Numbered from the stretch's first letter, positions 9,132-18,699 are shown. The stretch is 62,118 nt of DNA from a virus (IMGVR_UViG_3300031902_000007:1-62118); one strand, 5' to 3'. The notes: generated from the sequence alone by a model not told the origin. A program made the numbers and translations.

Positions 9132-9298
9132 TGGACGCGCGCCGAGCCTCGTGCTGTGGGCCGTGATCGGCGTTATCGTGTGGAGGCATTTGCCATGGTG
9201 AACGGAATCGGAATTGCTCTCGGCCTCGTCGGCGCGGCGGTGCTGCTCTATTGGGGCCCGATCGTCTACTACCTGGCTCAACTGAGGAGGCACGACCC

Positions 9299-9691
9299 AT
9301 GAGTGTCAAGGACTGGCTACCGACAGCCGATCGCGTCCGATGGGATGGCACGGGCAATGGCAACGGCGCGCGGGAGGCCCTGACCGAGATCGAGACACTG
9401 GACCATCCCGGTTCGATCTGCTGGGCCGACTGGCTGCTGCTCGAGCTGGCAGCGCGCGGGTTCAAGGTTGTGCCGATGACGATCCTGCTGTGCATCCTGC
9501 TCCTAGCCCCGTCGATCGCCAGCGCGAGAACGTGCTACATTCTCCGTCCCACCGACTATGACTGCAAGAACGCCCGACACGTTTTGATGCTTCCCACGAT
9601 CGCAGGAAGGCATATCCACAATGACCGCAGCCGCACGCAAATTCGACGCTCTCCTGCTGTCCCGCTTCCACGGCGCGACCCTCGCCGTTAG
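9299..9691 (+). CDS. Hypothetical protein (possibly two fused small genes)
   Basis: GAGGAGG RBS before ATG 9299. Confidence 0.5.
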   Translation: MSVKDWLPTADRVRWDGTGNGNGAREALTEIETLDHPGSICWADWLLLELAARGFKVVPMTILLCILLLAPSIASARTCYILRPTDYDCKNARHVLMLPTIAGRHIHNDRSRTQIRRSPAVPLPRRDPRR

Positions 9692-9823
9692 GGCCTGCTG
9701 CGAGTATGTGCGGCTGTTCACGGTCGAGGGCGGGGACGGCCAGCCCGCGGTTGAGGCGTTCTGCTGCGCGCGGCGTCACCCGAGCGTGCTGATCAGGGAC
9801 GGCAAGGTGATAGGGACCAGCGC

Positions 9824-10126
9824 ATGACAGACTTCAATTCGATCGAACCATTCCCGGTGATGACGCCATATGGCCCGGCGACGTGCATCGGGCTGTATCC
9901 GAACGACGACTGCGAGTGGGCAACGTTCAACGAAAAGACGCAGGAGATGTGGTGGTGGTCGAACGTCAATCTGCGGCGGCGTTGCAATGCCACCAACGGC
10001 CGCAAGCTCTATTCGCCATTCACGATGCTGAACAAGGTGCACCTGACACACATCAAGCGATACATCGAGAACGGCTGGCTGCCGGCGGATTACGATCCGC
10101 TGAAGCCGGAGACGTGGCCTTTGTAG
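9824..10126 (+). CDS. Hypothetical protein
   Basis: ATGA overlap; bracketed by a 17-bp near-direct repeat. Confidence 0.65.
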   Translation: MTDFNSIEPFPVMTPYGPATCIGLYPNDDCEWATFNEKTQEMWWWSNVNLRRRCNATNGRKLYSPFTMLNKVHLTHIKRYIENGWLPADYDPLKPETWPL

Positions 10127-10136
10127 GAACCAGCGC

Positions 10137-10505
10137 ATGATCTTCTGGCTCGACCACCGCATCTTTGGCAACGGCTACGGGCTCAAGTCGCCGTATTTCG
10201 ACGACCGGTTTTACTGGCTCAACGGCCGGGTTTACACGTGGATCGGCGGGTTCGGCGCTCAGTTCCAGAGCATCCAGTGGCGTCACCCGCGTGCCGGCGA
10301 GGAGCGCACCATCCTGGGGCGCAAGTTCCGGCCGTTGCACAGCGAGCGGCAGTGGTTGTGGCTTTGGCACGACAAGATATTCTCCATCCCTCTGCCGATC
10401 GGCCGCGTCAGGGTTTCGTGGTCCTGCAGCCTGCCCGGTGATGTCCACAAGGCTGGCGCCGACCTGCGGGAGTTGCAGAGCAGGCTGCTCGATAGGACGA
10501 TGTGA
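10137..10505 (+). CDS. Aromatic-rich hypothetical protein
   Basis: Operon-continuing ORF. Confidence 0.55.
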   Translation: MIFWLDHRIFGNGYGLKSPYFDDRFYWLNGRVYTWIGGFGAQFQSIQWRHPRAGEERTILGRKFRPLHSERQWLWLWHDKIFSIPLPIGRVRVSWSCSLPGDVHKAGADLRELQSRLLDRTM

Positions 10506-10534
10506 CCGATAACGGCAAGTAAGCGAGGCGAGAT

Positions 10535-10771
10535 ATGGACGCGCAAGACATTCTCAATGTGGTTCACGATAAACAGCGCAAGGCGCTCAAGGCGATGATC
10601 CGCATCTATGGCGGGGACGTCGATGCAATCCTGAATGCCCTCCATGAGATGGCCGCGAGGATCGCTATCGCGACGGGCGTCGAGCCGGAATCATTCGCTG
10701 CTGGCGTCAAGCATCATTGGGGACATATCGCAGATGTCATCAATGCCGAGATCAAGTCGAAGCAGCATTAA
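10535..10771 (+). CDS. Hypothetical protein
   Basis: GAGG RBS; helical sequence. Confidence 0.6.
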   Translation: MDAQDILNVVHDKQRKALKAMIRIYGGDVDAILNALHEMAARIAIATGVEPESFAAGVKHHWGHIADVINAEIKSKQH

Positions 10772-10825
10772 CGCGTCGAAAGCAAACCCGCGCGCCGCGG
10801 CTCGGCGCAACTCAAGGAGAATGAG

Positions 10826-11092
10826 ATGATCAGACCCAGCATCGGCCGCATCATGTGGTACTGGCCCGAGAAGGATGTACGAGGTGACCAGCCGTGGCCG
10901 GCGATCGTCGCCTACGTCCACAGCGACAACATGGTGAACATCAGTGTGTGGAACAGCCACGGACATGCCCAGAACGGCCGCACCTCGGTGCCTGTCGTGC
11001 AGGACGGCAGCCCCTACACCGCCGGCGACTCGCCCTATGTCGAGTGGATGCCGTATCAGGTCGGGCAGGCCAAGAAGCACGAGGAGAAGTGA
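10826..11092 (+). CDS. Hypothetical phage protein (PSIGRI.W...PAIV family)
   Basis: AAGGAG RBS; shares a pattern with the N-terminus of 18238..18699. Confidence 0.7.
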   Translation: MIRPSIGRIMWYWPEKDVRGDQPWPAIVAYVHSDNMVNISVWNSHGHAQNGRTSVPVVQDGSPYTAGDSPYVEWMPYQVGQAKKHEEK

Positions 11093-11337
11093 GATGTGGG
11101 GGTATCGCTGGAATAAATGGCAGGAGAAGTTCTGGATGGCGCTGGCCTGGGCCGTTCCGCGCAAGCTGGCCTATTGGTGCACAATCCGCGTTGGCGCGCA
11201 CGCGACCCAAGGCCAATACGGCAATCAGATTGTGCCCGACCTCGCATTCATGGACGCGCTCAAGCGCTGGTGAATGGCCGACCCCAACACCATAGCGTCC
11301 AACAACATACGACGGTGGCGGGAATCCCCCGCCACCG

Positions 11338-11934
11338 TTACTCGGAAGGCACATCCTCGCTCTTGGCATGGTCGATATACCGAGCCGGCCTCCCGGCCTC
11401 GTCAAGGTCTTGGAGCAAAACGCCAAGAATGCTCAACGGCGAACTGTCCGATCCTGGATTTGTCATGATGGCCGAAAGCCGCGGGTGAATGTAGGGAGCG
11501 ACCTTATAGGCGATATCGACTGCGGTGGTGAGGTTGGCCCTGACCCGGTCCTCGGCGACCGTCGCGGCCTTGAGGAAGGGTTCCTTCTCCTCGTCCGATG
11601 CGGCCGAGCCCGCCAACTCCAAATTTGCCTGCATGATCTCGACATCCTCAATCGCGGCCTCCTCGAAGAACGACATTGCCGCCAACATGACCTCTTTGGG
11701 CATCCTGAGACGTTTTCCGGTCACGATGAAATATCGTTCCATCTGGATTTGCTTGACCTCCGGCTGCATGCGGGAGTTCATGATTCGCATGACCTCCTGG
11801 CCGATCACGACCTTGGGCTTGTCCTTGGATCCCTTTCGGCTCTTATGCACCGCAGGGTCAATGAGGTGAGCATTTGAGGCAAACCGCTTGCCCTTGGCGC
11901 CTCCGCGGTGTTCCCCCTTCTTGCTTCCTGGCAT
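11338..11934 (-). CDS. Terminase-small-subunit-like DNA-binding protein
   Basis: RGGAKG...RKGSKDK...PKEVML...APYIHPRLS pattern of proteins usually found upstream of TerL. Confidence 0.5.
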   Translation of the reverse strand: MPGSKKGEHRGGAKGKRFASNAHLIDPAVHKSRKGSKDKPKVVIGQEVMRIMNSRMQPEVKQIQMERYFIVTGKRLRMPKEVMLAAMSFFEEAAIEDVEIMQANLELAGSAASDEEKEPFLKAATVAEDRVRANLTTAVDIAYKVAPYIHPRLSAIMTNPGSDSSPLSILGVLLQDLDEAGRPARYIDHAKSEDVPSE

Positions 11935-12188
11935 CAGTCGCCCCGCTTGCGCGCATTGTCCTGCGCTCCGACCACTCGCGATCGGTAGTCCTCAAGGTTC
12001 CGCTGGATGAGTTCGAACAGCTTAAGGATTGGGGTATCGGGCGGCATGCCGACGTCGACGCGACCGGTCAGGATGCCAAAGCAGGACATAAACCCGCCGA
12101 CGAATGAGACGTCATCGGTCTGCACGCCCCGCTTACGCTGGTGCCGCTCATACGTCTCCAAGGATCGGTCAATCAGATTTTCGGCCAT
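11934..12188 (-). CDS. Hypothetical protein
   Basis: AGGAG RBS; TGATG coupling. Confidence 0.65.
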   Translation of the reverse strand: MAENLIDRSLETYERHQRKRGVQTDDVSFVGGFMSCFGILTGRVDVGMPPDTPILKLFELIQRNLEDYRSRVVGAQDNARKRGD

Positions 12189-12384
12189 CTTGGCTCCTTT
12201 TCGGTGCAGATCGCCTCTTAGGGCGGATATGGGTTATTAGCCGGGTAGAAATGCCAAAATGTTGAGCAATCTTCGATCTCAACCCAGCGGGGTAGTATCG
12301 AGCCCCTTCCTGCTGCCGAACACGCTCGGCCAACCGGTAGATTTCTCGTATCTCTTTGACCTGCTCGGGCGATAGTTTGGTCAT
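12169..12384 (-). CDS. Small HTH protein
   Basis: KLSPEQVKEIRE...IAQHFGISTRLITHI. Confidence 0.6.
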   Translation of the reverse strand: MTKLSPEQVKEIREIYRLAERVRQQEGARYYPAGLRSKIAQHFGISTRLITHIRPKRRSAPKRSQDGRKSD

Positions 12385-13001
12385 GCGGTCACCTGGGGCT
12401 GTGTGGCCGTCTTGGCCAGTCTCGCCATCCTCGCGTCCTCCTCATCGGTGAGGGCCTGCAGGACATCCTCAGAGGCCTTGCGGACGATCGCGGCCACCGA
12501 TGGCTTGCGTTTGGTCAGGAGTTCCAGCGGTTCCGCGTTGAGCCGGCGCCATTGGGCGGCCTGTGAGACAGTTTGCGACGTTTTGAGACAGTCGATGTAT
12601 TTCTCGGCCCATGTCTCGCAACTCTCGCCCTTGCCCGGGATGGTGCGGGGCTGCGGGCCCGGATCGGTCGGGCCCGGATCGCGCGGGGGCGGTTCGCTGA
12701 AGCGGGGCGGCGGATCGCCGTCGCGGGCCTCCTCGATATCGACCTCGGTAGTGTCTACCGGCTCGCGTGGTATGGCACGGGCCAGCTGCGGCCGGCTGGC
12801 GTCGGCGCATGTCTTGCAGTAGGACAGGACACGGATCACGGCGTCCGACGTGGGGGCGTCGGGAAGCACGGCCTCGACGAGCACCTTCCATTGCAGCGCA
12901 TCAATTCCGAACCTATCATAAATCCCGGCCGGGTATGGCAGCCGCGCCGCGTCTCCGGATAGAGGTTTTGGCTTGTTCTTCGAACCGAGGGGCCTTGTCA
13001 T
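12381..13001 (-). CDS. Internally deleted RecT/Bet-like protein
   Basis: RLPYP...RFGID...WKVLVEAVLP.A.T.DAV..VLSYCK resembles a Bet N-terminus; the annealing core is absent. Confidence 0.5.
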   Translation of the reverse strand: MTRPLGSKNKPKPLSGDAARLPYPAGIYDRFGIDALQWKVLVEAVLPDAPTSDAVIRVLSYCKTCADASRPQLARAIPREPVDTTEVDIEEARDGDPPPRFSEPPPRDPGPTDPGPQPRTIPGKGESCETWAEKYIDCLKTSQTVSQAAQWRRLNAEPLELLTKRKPSVAAIVRKASEDVLQALTDEEDARMARLAKTATQPQVTA

Positions 13002-13044
13002 TCTCTCTACCTTGGCTAAGATACGATAGAAATAAGGGAAACTA

Positions 13045-13395
13045 TTGATGAAAAGCAAGACCAAACCGGAACCAACACTTCGCGAGAAAGCCGCAGCGCT
13101 CGCCGTGATGGCCAGCGAAGTGCTTCTGATGGTGCTGGAGGATCCGGTGGCGGCTGCTGCGCCTGCGGCCAAGCCCAAGGTTACGGTGCCCAAGCCCGCC
13201 GCCAAGCCCAAGGGTCGCCCTCCGATGACCGAGGATCAACGCGCCGCGGCGAAGGCAGCGCGAGAGGTGGTCGCCGCGCCGCCGGTCAAGCCCCAGCCGA
13301 TCACCCGCGCCAGCCTCGCCGCTCAGAACGCCGCGCCTGCTGCGATCGGCCGAGAGGCGGTTGAGCCCGCGTCCTACTTCACCAAGGCCAATTGA
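13045..13395 (+). CDS. Ala/Pro/Lys-rich hypothetical protein, first gene of the late arm
   Basis: AAGGGA RBS in an AT-rich divergent intergenic region. Confidence 0.6.
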   Translation: MMKSKTKPEPTLREKAAALAVMASEVLLMVLEDPVAAAAPAAKPKVTVPKPAAKPKGRPPMTEDQRAAAKAAREVVAAPPVKPQPITRASLAAQNAAPAAIGREAVEPASYFTKAN

Positions 13396-13656
13396 TGGGC
13401 ACCGTCCTTCCCAATCAACGATGTTGCCGCGCGCGAGATCAAGACACGAGATCCAAATCTTGATGTTATTGCTGAGCTGGAAAAGTTGCTGGATATGGCC
13501 AAGAGCGGGGAAATCGTCGGGTTTGCTCATGCTGCTGTCTACCAAGGCGACCTGACCTGCTATGGTCGATCCGGCCGCAATACGCGCGGAATGATCGGTG
13601 CTCTCGTTCTGCTGCAGGGCGAAATCGTGAAATGCGAACTATCGGAGACCGTCTGA
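13395..13656 (+). pseudogene. Frameshifted conserved phage gene (DVIAELEKLLDMAKSGEIVGF...MIGAL)
   Basis: Coupled ATG at 13395 is one base out of frame with the protein-like body that ends at TGA 13656. Confidence 0.55.
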
Positions 13657-13823
13657 TGCCCAGCAAGACGCCCAAGCAGCGCCGTTTTATGGCCGCAGCA
13701 GCGCACAACCCATCCTTCGCGCGCAAGGCTGGGATCCCCGTCAAGGTCGCGAAAGAGTTCCACAACTCCGATCGCGGCAAGTATGGTGCTCTGACGAAGT
13801 CCGGGAAGAAGAAGGATCGGTAA
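13656..13823 (+). CDS. Small basic phage protein
   Basis: MPSKTPKQRRFMAAAAHNP...GIP..VAKEF pattern; TGATG coupling. Confidence 0.75.
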   Translation: MPSKTPKQRRFMAAAAHNPSFARKAGIPVKVAKEFHNSDRGKYGALTKSGKKKDR

Positions 13824-14180
13824 ATGGCAAACGTTCGGATCATCGCCTACAGCGGCATCGTCCAGATTGAGCAGCGGTTGCTGAAGTTCGCCAACGCCGA
13901 CTCTGTGTTCATGAGACAAGAGCCTTACCAATGGTCTCAGAAGCTCACGCTCAACGGCGCAACGCCAGTAGCGAGCACGGTCCAGCCGAACGACACGGCG
14001 ACCATGGTCGTTATCGAGGTCGATGACGGCTCCGCGATCCGGTACGAGATCAACCCGAATGGCCCGCTGGCGACGGGCGCCCGGTCGGCCTCGACGCTAT
14101 CGCCACGCCTTGCCGGCGAGAACGTCTTCCAATGGTTCACCGGGGCCACGATCAGCGTCGTTGACGCATCGGCTGTTTGA
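13824..14180 (+). CDS. Beta-rich hypothetical protein, possibly virion-associated
   Basis: Directly coupled; composition. Confidence 0.65.
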   Translation: MANVRIIAYSGIVQIEQRLLKFANADSVFMRQEPYQWSQKLTLNGATPVASTVQPNDTATMVVIEVDDGSAIRYEINPNGPLATGARSASTLSPRLAGENVFQWFTGATISVVDASAV

Positions 14181-14435
14181 ATGGCGTAGATTATCAAGGA
14201 TTACCTGCCGTGGTTGCTCTCAGCCATTACGATTTGGATGACGCTACTCGCGGGCAACAAGCACCCGAAAGCATGGCTGATCGGTCTCGGCAATCAGGCC
14301 TTATGGCTGATCTGGATTGCGTGTGCTGGTGCATGGGGCTTGCTCCCGATGAACGCTGCCCTGTGGATTGTCTACGCAAGAAACCATTGGAAGTGGAATG
14401 GCCATGAGCGTGCAGGAACTTCGTCTGGAAGATAG
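14181..14435 (+). pseudogene. PnuC-like small membrane protein with an amber codon at position 3
   Basis: ATG GCG TAG ATT ATC AAG... then LPWLLSAITIW...AWLIGLGNQALW...YARNHWKW. Confidence 0.45.
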
Positions 14436-14583
14436 CTACGGCCGCAAGATCCACGTCGGCAAGTTTGCTGGGCAGATTATTGTAACGCCAACCCTGCTCA
14501 ATGACGGTCACGGCGACGCGATCGCGCTCAGCGATCATCAGTCCAAGTTGCTGATCCTCTATCTCCAAGAGCATCTGAAATGA
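14398..14583 (+). CDS. Hypothetical protein
   Basis: Operon-continuing ORF. Confidence 0.5.
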   Translation: MAMSVQELRLEDSYGRKIHVGKFAGQIIVTPTLLNDGHGDAIALSDHQSKLLILYLQEHLK

Positions 14584-14894
14584 ACGAGCTGAAGCTGAGC
14601 GACGAACAGTGGTTGGTGCTCGATCTGCTCTTGCGCGCCAAGGAGCGCGGAATCTCTCGTCTCACCAAAGAGGAATTGCTATCATCCTCGAAGCTTCCAC
14701 AGGCGGTCGCCATAAGGCTGGTATGGGCCGCGCTGACAATGCCGGCCAACTTGATTGTCTGGCACGGCAACGAGTTCTCAATCACTGATAGCGGCCTATC
14801 AGCGTTCAAGCTCAGGTTTGGACAGAAGATCAAGCCCACCGAGATCGCGGACGCTGTGATTTGTCTTCCTGGGCCCGATCATTATCGGAACTAA
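14580..14894 (+). CDS. Hypothetical protein
   Basis: ATGA overlap; directly before TerL. Confidence 0.6.
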   Translation: MNELKLSDEQWLVLDLLLRAKERGISRLTKEELLSSSKLPQAVAIRLVWAALTMPANLIVWHGNEFSITDSGLSAFKLRFGQKIKPTEIADAVICLPGPDHYRN

Positions 14895-14898
14895 CCCC

Positions 14899-16464
14899 AT
14901 GGGCGATGCAGCCATCTCGCTAGAGGCCGTCCGCCAATCTCCGCAGTACCAGGCGGCGAAGGAAAAGCTCGCCGATCGCGAGTGGCGGCTCGACAACCTC
15001 TACTGGATCAAGAACGAAGACGGCATAGCGATCCCGTTCAAGCGGAACGAGGCCCAACTTTATTACTCCAAGCGAGAATGGTACCGCGATACGATCCTGA
15101 AATCACGGAAGGTTGGGTTTTCCACCCTGATCGCGATCGAGATGCTGGACGCCTGCCTATTCGCGTCGAACACGATCGCCGGCATCATTGACAGGACAGT
15201 AGACGACGCGACGAGCAAGCTATCGCTGTGCAAGTTCGCCTATGACCGGCTACCGCAGACGCTCAAGGACGCCAACCCGCTGGTTCGGGACAATCAGAGC
15301 GAACTCGCCTGGGCGAATGGGTCCAAGATCATCGCCGGCACGTCCTACCGCGGCGACACGCCCCAATACCTATGGGTGTCGGAATATGGTATCATCAGCG
15401 CGAAGAATCCGGACGCCGCCAAGGAAATCAAGACGGGCTCGTTCAAGTCGGTGCCCAAGCGAGGGAAGATCTGGGTTGAGAGCACGCCCATGGGGACGTC
15501 GGGCGAGTTCTACGATCTGGTGAAGGCCGGCGAGCAGCTTGCGGCGACGGGCCAGCAACTGACCGAGTACGACTTCAAGCTCCACTTCTTCGGCTGGCAT
15601 CAGAAGGCCGGCAACCGTCTCCCGATCAACCTCGTACATATTCCGGCCGAGATGCGCGAGTATTTCGAGGAACTGCGGATCAAGCATGGGATCGTGACGG
15701 ACGGCCTGCAGCAGGCTTGGTACGTCAAGCAGCGGGAAATCCTGGGCCCGGACGACATCAAGTCGGAAGAACCGAGCACGATTGATGAGTGTTTCTTCGC
15801 CAGCCTTGAGGGCGCCTATTTCAAGACCGAAATGAACCAGGCGCGGCGCGACGGCCGGATCGGCAAGCCGGTCCCCTACGACGACACGCGGCCGGTCCAC
15901 ACGTTCTGGGACCTCGGCATGGACGGGAATATGGCGATCGGCTTTCTTCAGAGCGATGGCGTTCGGCACCGGGCCATAGATTTCGCCCGGGGAGAAGGTT
16001 CGGGCCTGTCCGATGGCATCCGCATTCTGAGGGAAAAGAGCACGACCAGGGGTTTCAAGTACGGCAAGCACTATGGGCCACACGATCTGCAAACGCGCGA
16101 CTGGTCGAATATGAGCGGCGTCACGGCCCAAACCCGCAAGGAGGTCGCCGCGGAGCACGGGGTAGACTTCATCGTGATCGAGCGCGTGGGCGACAAGGCC
16201 GATTCGATCGAGGCCGGGCGCCGGCTGATCAACTCGACATGGTTTTGCTCGGAGTATGCTGGTGACCTCGTGGAGTGTCTGGATAACTACAGCAAGGCCT
16301 GGAACAAAATCCTTTCCCAATGGATGGCGACGCCAGCCAAGAACGGTTTCGACCACGGCGCCGACGCTTGGCAGCAGATCGCGATGGGAATTATTCCAGA
16401 TGTAATTCACAGAAAGGACATGCTAGGCTCTGGCAAGCGCAAGGGTAGCCACTGGAGCACATAA
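14899..16464 (+). CDS. terL: Terminase large subunit
   Basis: ILKSRKVGFST (Walker A), LWVSEYG (Walker B), VESTPMG, FWDLGMD nuclease start, DHGADAW end. Confidence 0.95.
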   Translation: MGDAAISLEAVRQSPQYQAAKEKLADREWRLDNLYWIKNEDGIAIPFKRNEAQLYYSKREWYRDTILKSRKVGFSTLIAIEMLDACLFASNTIAGIIDRTVDDATSKLSLCKFAYDRLPQTLKDANPLVRDNQSELAWANGSKIIAGTSYRGDTPQYLWVSEYGIISAKNPDAAKEIKTGSFKSVPKRGKIWVESTPMGTSGEFYDLVKAGEQLAATGQQLTEYDFKLHFFGWHQKAGNRLPINLVHIPAEMREYFEELRIKHGIVTDGLQQAWYVKQREILGPDDIKSEEPSTIDECFFASLEGAYFKTEMNQARRDGRIGKPVPYDDTRPVHTFWDLGMDGNMAIGFLQSDGVRHRAIDFARGEGSGLSDGIRILREKSTTRGFKYGKHYGPHDLQTRDWSNMSGVTAQTRKEVAAEHGVDFIVIERVGDKADSIEAGRRLINSTWFCSEYAGDLVECLDNYSKAWNKILSQWMATPAKNGFDHGADAWQQIAMGIIPDVIHRKDMLGSGKRKGSHWST

Positions 16465-17105
16465 TGCCTGGACGAATTGAAATGCTTGGTCTCAAAGTTG
16501 GGAGGCTTATAGTTATTGAGGCTGGGCCTAAAAATGAAGCTGGCAATCTATCGTGGGTATGCCGATGTGAATGCGGATCTGAAACGACTGTGCGGGGCCA
16601 GTTGCTTCGCGCTGGTGTGACCAAATCTTGTGGATGTTTAGCGATTGAGAAGAGCAAGCTTCGCATTACGCATGGCCAATCGCGCTGCGGCAGTCACTCT
16701 CCCGAATATCGATCTTGGCGGGCGATGCGTAAGCGCTGCGAAAATCCAAATTACCCTCAATTTCATCTCTATGGTGGGAGAGGCATCGGGGTTTGCGAGC
16801 GATGGCGTAAATTCCAGAATTTCTTGGCCGATATGGGCAAGCAGCCATCTCCCGCGCATTCCTCGATCGACCGATGGCCTGATAACGACGGCAATTATGA
16901 GCCGGGTAATTGTCGGTGGGCGAGCAAAGAGCAGCAGGGTAGAAATAAGAGCAATAACAGGATGGTATCCTTTAAGGGTAGAGAGATGACGTTCATTGAG
17001 GCGACAGAACTTGCTGGGTTGCCATGCGAAACCGTTAGAAAGCGCATAGATAAATATGGATGGACCGTAGCAAGAGCGCTTACTCAGCCGGTTCGTGGTA
17101 GCTGA
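16464..17105 (+). CDS. HNH homing-type endonuclease
   Basis: WVCRCECG, KSCGC, YGGRGIGVCERW, SIDR..DNDGNYEPGNCRWA; lower GC. Confidence 0.9.
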   Translation: MPGRIEMLGLKVGRLIVIEAGPKNEAGNLSWVCRCECGSETTVRGQLLRAGVTKSCGCLAIEKSKLRITHGQSRCGSHSPEYRSWRAMRKRCENPNYPQFHLYGGRGIGVCERWRKFQNFLADMGKQPSPAHSSIDRWPDNDGNYEPGNCRWASKEQQGRNKSNNRMVSFKGREMTFIEATELAGLPCETVRKRIDKYGWTVARALTQPVRGS

Positions 17106-17125
17106 TGGCCAAGGATATCTGACGA

Positions 17126-17305
17126 ATGAGCGAATCCCGCTACCGCAAGCTTCATGCCCGGATGGTCCGCGAGAAGGCAGAGCGGGATGCTGAGGCGCTC
17201 GGGGCTGAGGAATGCCGGCGGCTGCTGGCGGAATGGGCGGCACAGCCCGGGCGGACCAAGGAAGAGATCGACATGCTCAACGCGGCCAACAAGATGGATT
17301 CGTGA
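17126..17305 (+). CDS. Small hypothetical protein (59 aa)
   Basis: Translated by hand (MSESRYRKLHARMVREKAERD...); TGATG coupling to the next gene. Confidence 0.5.
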   Translation: MSESRYRKLHARMVREKAERDAEALGAEECRRLLAEWAAQPGRTKEEIDMLNAANKMDS

Positions 17306-17547
17306 TGATGGGCACCAAGGAACTCCGGGAAACCTTCAACTCGGTCACCGGCCCGCTGGCGACTTGTACCGCGGCGAGGCTGACCTATGAGCGGCCGGAC
17401 GGAAAAGAGGTGCAAATCCTGACATTTGAGGGCATATTGCCTGACGGGATGCCGTTTTCGATCCGATCTGAGCCGATCCCGCCGCGCGGCGTGGTTGAGT
17501 TGGCGGCTCGGGAGACGGCGCAGAGGCTCTTGGAGCAGAAGCGGTGA
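17305..17547 (+). CDS. Hypothetical protein
   Basis: Coupled start MMGTKELRE. Confidence 0.6.
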   Translation: MMGTKELRETFNSVTGPLATCTAARLTYERPDGKEVQILTFEGILPDGMPFSIRSEPIPPRGVVELAARETAQRLLEQKR

Positions 17548-17823
17548 TTAGCTGCTCACATTGGGGTGTGTTTTGGCTTCAGTGCCCAGATTGGCCGCCG
17601 TCGGCGGTTAATGATTGGGCTCGCAAAATGATGATTGGAGCTTAATTATGAGCCTTTTTGCAAGCCGAGGACTTGCTAAGGAGCCTATCCCACCTGATGA
17701 AAATGATGTGCTGGTCAACGAGATCAGGGACGGTTATCCCTTCGGCCAGGAAGCTGTTGGGCTCCGAGCATTTATCCGCGTCGCGGTTTATGTGGTTCTG
17801 GAAATGAAGAAGAGGGGCCTGAT

Positions 17824-18207
17824 ATGAATCGACTGTTACTGGCGGCTGCGGCCGTTCTCGCGCTGGCCTCTCCGGCCGCGGCGCAGATTTCATCGTCTAC
17901 GACGGCCTTGGCGGCCAATCAGGTCATCAAGGCAGGTCCAGGCGGGCTCTGGAGCTTTCAGGTCTCCGCAATTGGTCTTGTCGGTGCTGCATGGTACGTC
18001 ATGATATTCGACGCTACGGCAGCTCCTGCCGATGGGGCGGTCACGCCGCGCAAGTGTTATGTGGTCGCGTCAGGAACTCCCGGTCTTTCCATCAACTTTG
18101 ATGCGCCCGTGGTGTTTGGGACGGGCATCACGATCAGCGTCTCGACGACCGGGTGTTTCACCAAGACCGCGTCGACCAGCGCCTTCATCTCCGGCGATTT
18201 CCAATAG
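17824..18207 (+). CDS. Signal-peptide-bearing beta-rich putative virion decoration protein
   Basis: MNRLLLAAAAVLALASPAAA/Q signal; Ser/Thr-rich; 2 Cys. Confidence 0.7.
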   Translation: MNRLLLAAAAVLALASPAAAQISSSTTALAANQVIKAGPGGLWSFQVSAIGLVGAAWYVMIFDATAAPADGAVTPRKCYVVASGTPGLSINFDAPVVFGTGITISVSTTGCFTKTASTSAFISGDFQ

Positions 18208-18237
18208 GAGGCTCCCATCTCTCATCTTCTCGCGTCC

Positions 18238-18699
18238 GTGAATCCTGAAGCTGTTGCCCTGATCCATCCTGAGGCGGCCAAGCCGCGGCTGCCCGGGGTC
18301 GGCGAAATCGTTGTCTACCATATGCGCCCGGGCCACGGCCGGAACGGAAAGACGTTCTTCCCGGCGATCGTGCAGGGGCAAGGTGACCGCGGCACGTTGA
18401 TGTTGACGGTGATCATCGACGCTGGCGACTTCAACGACGAATCTCTTGTCGAGGAGCGCCGGGTCGGGACCGAGTTTCACTGCTGGGAGCGGGTTGATCG
18501 GCCGTTTGCGGCGCCTTCTGAGATTGTTGATGTCGAGGCGCGCGATCGGCTGATGGACTTGGAGGCGGCGGTATTCGGCGAGTTCGCCCGGCCTCCGGTT
18601 TCGCTCGCGGCGATCTTGGCTGATTTCGAGCAGCGCCTTTCCTCTCTCAAGACCGAGAGCGCGGATCTGTTGGCCAAGCTGAGGAAGATGGGCAAATGA
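18238..18699 (+). CDS. Hypothetical protein
   Basis: VGEIVVY...FPAIV domain plus coiled coil. Confidence 0.65.
   Translation: MNPEAVALIHPEAAKPRLPGVGEIVVYHMRPGHGRNGKTFFPAIVQGQGDRGTLMLTVIIDAGDFNDESLVEERRVGTEFHCWERVDRPFAAPSEIVDVEARDRLMDLEAAVFGEFARPPVSLAAILADFEQRLSSLKTESADLLAKLRKMGK

Noticed and set aside
8514-9293. Poly-Gly (-) and poly-Pro (+) ORFs
   Set aside because: Shadow frames of the GCC-rich Ala tract; the Ala frame has the RBS and a protein-like flank
16464-17105. HNH gene as part of an intron in terL
   Set aside because: TerL is complete with its nuclease end before the HNH start; no intron structure seen; treated as free-standing
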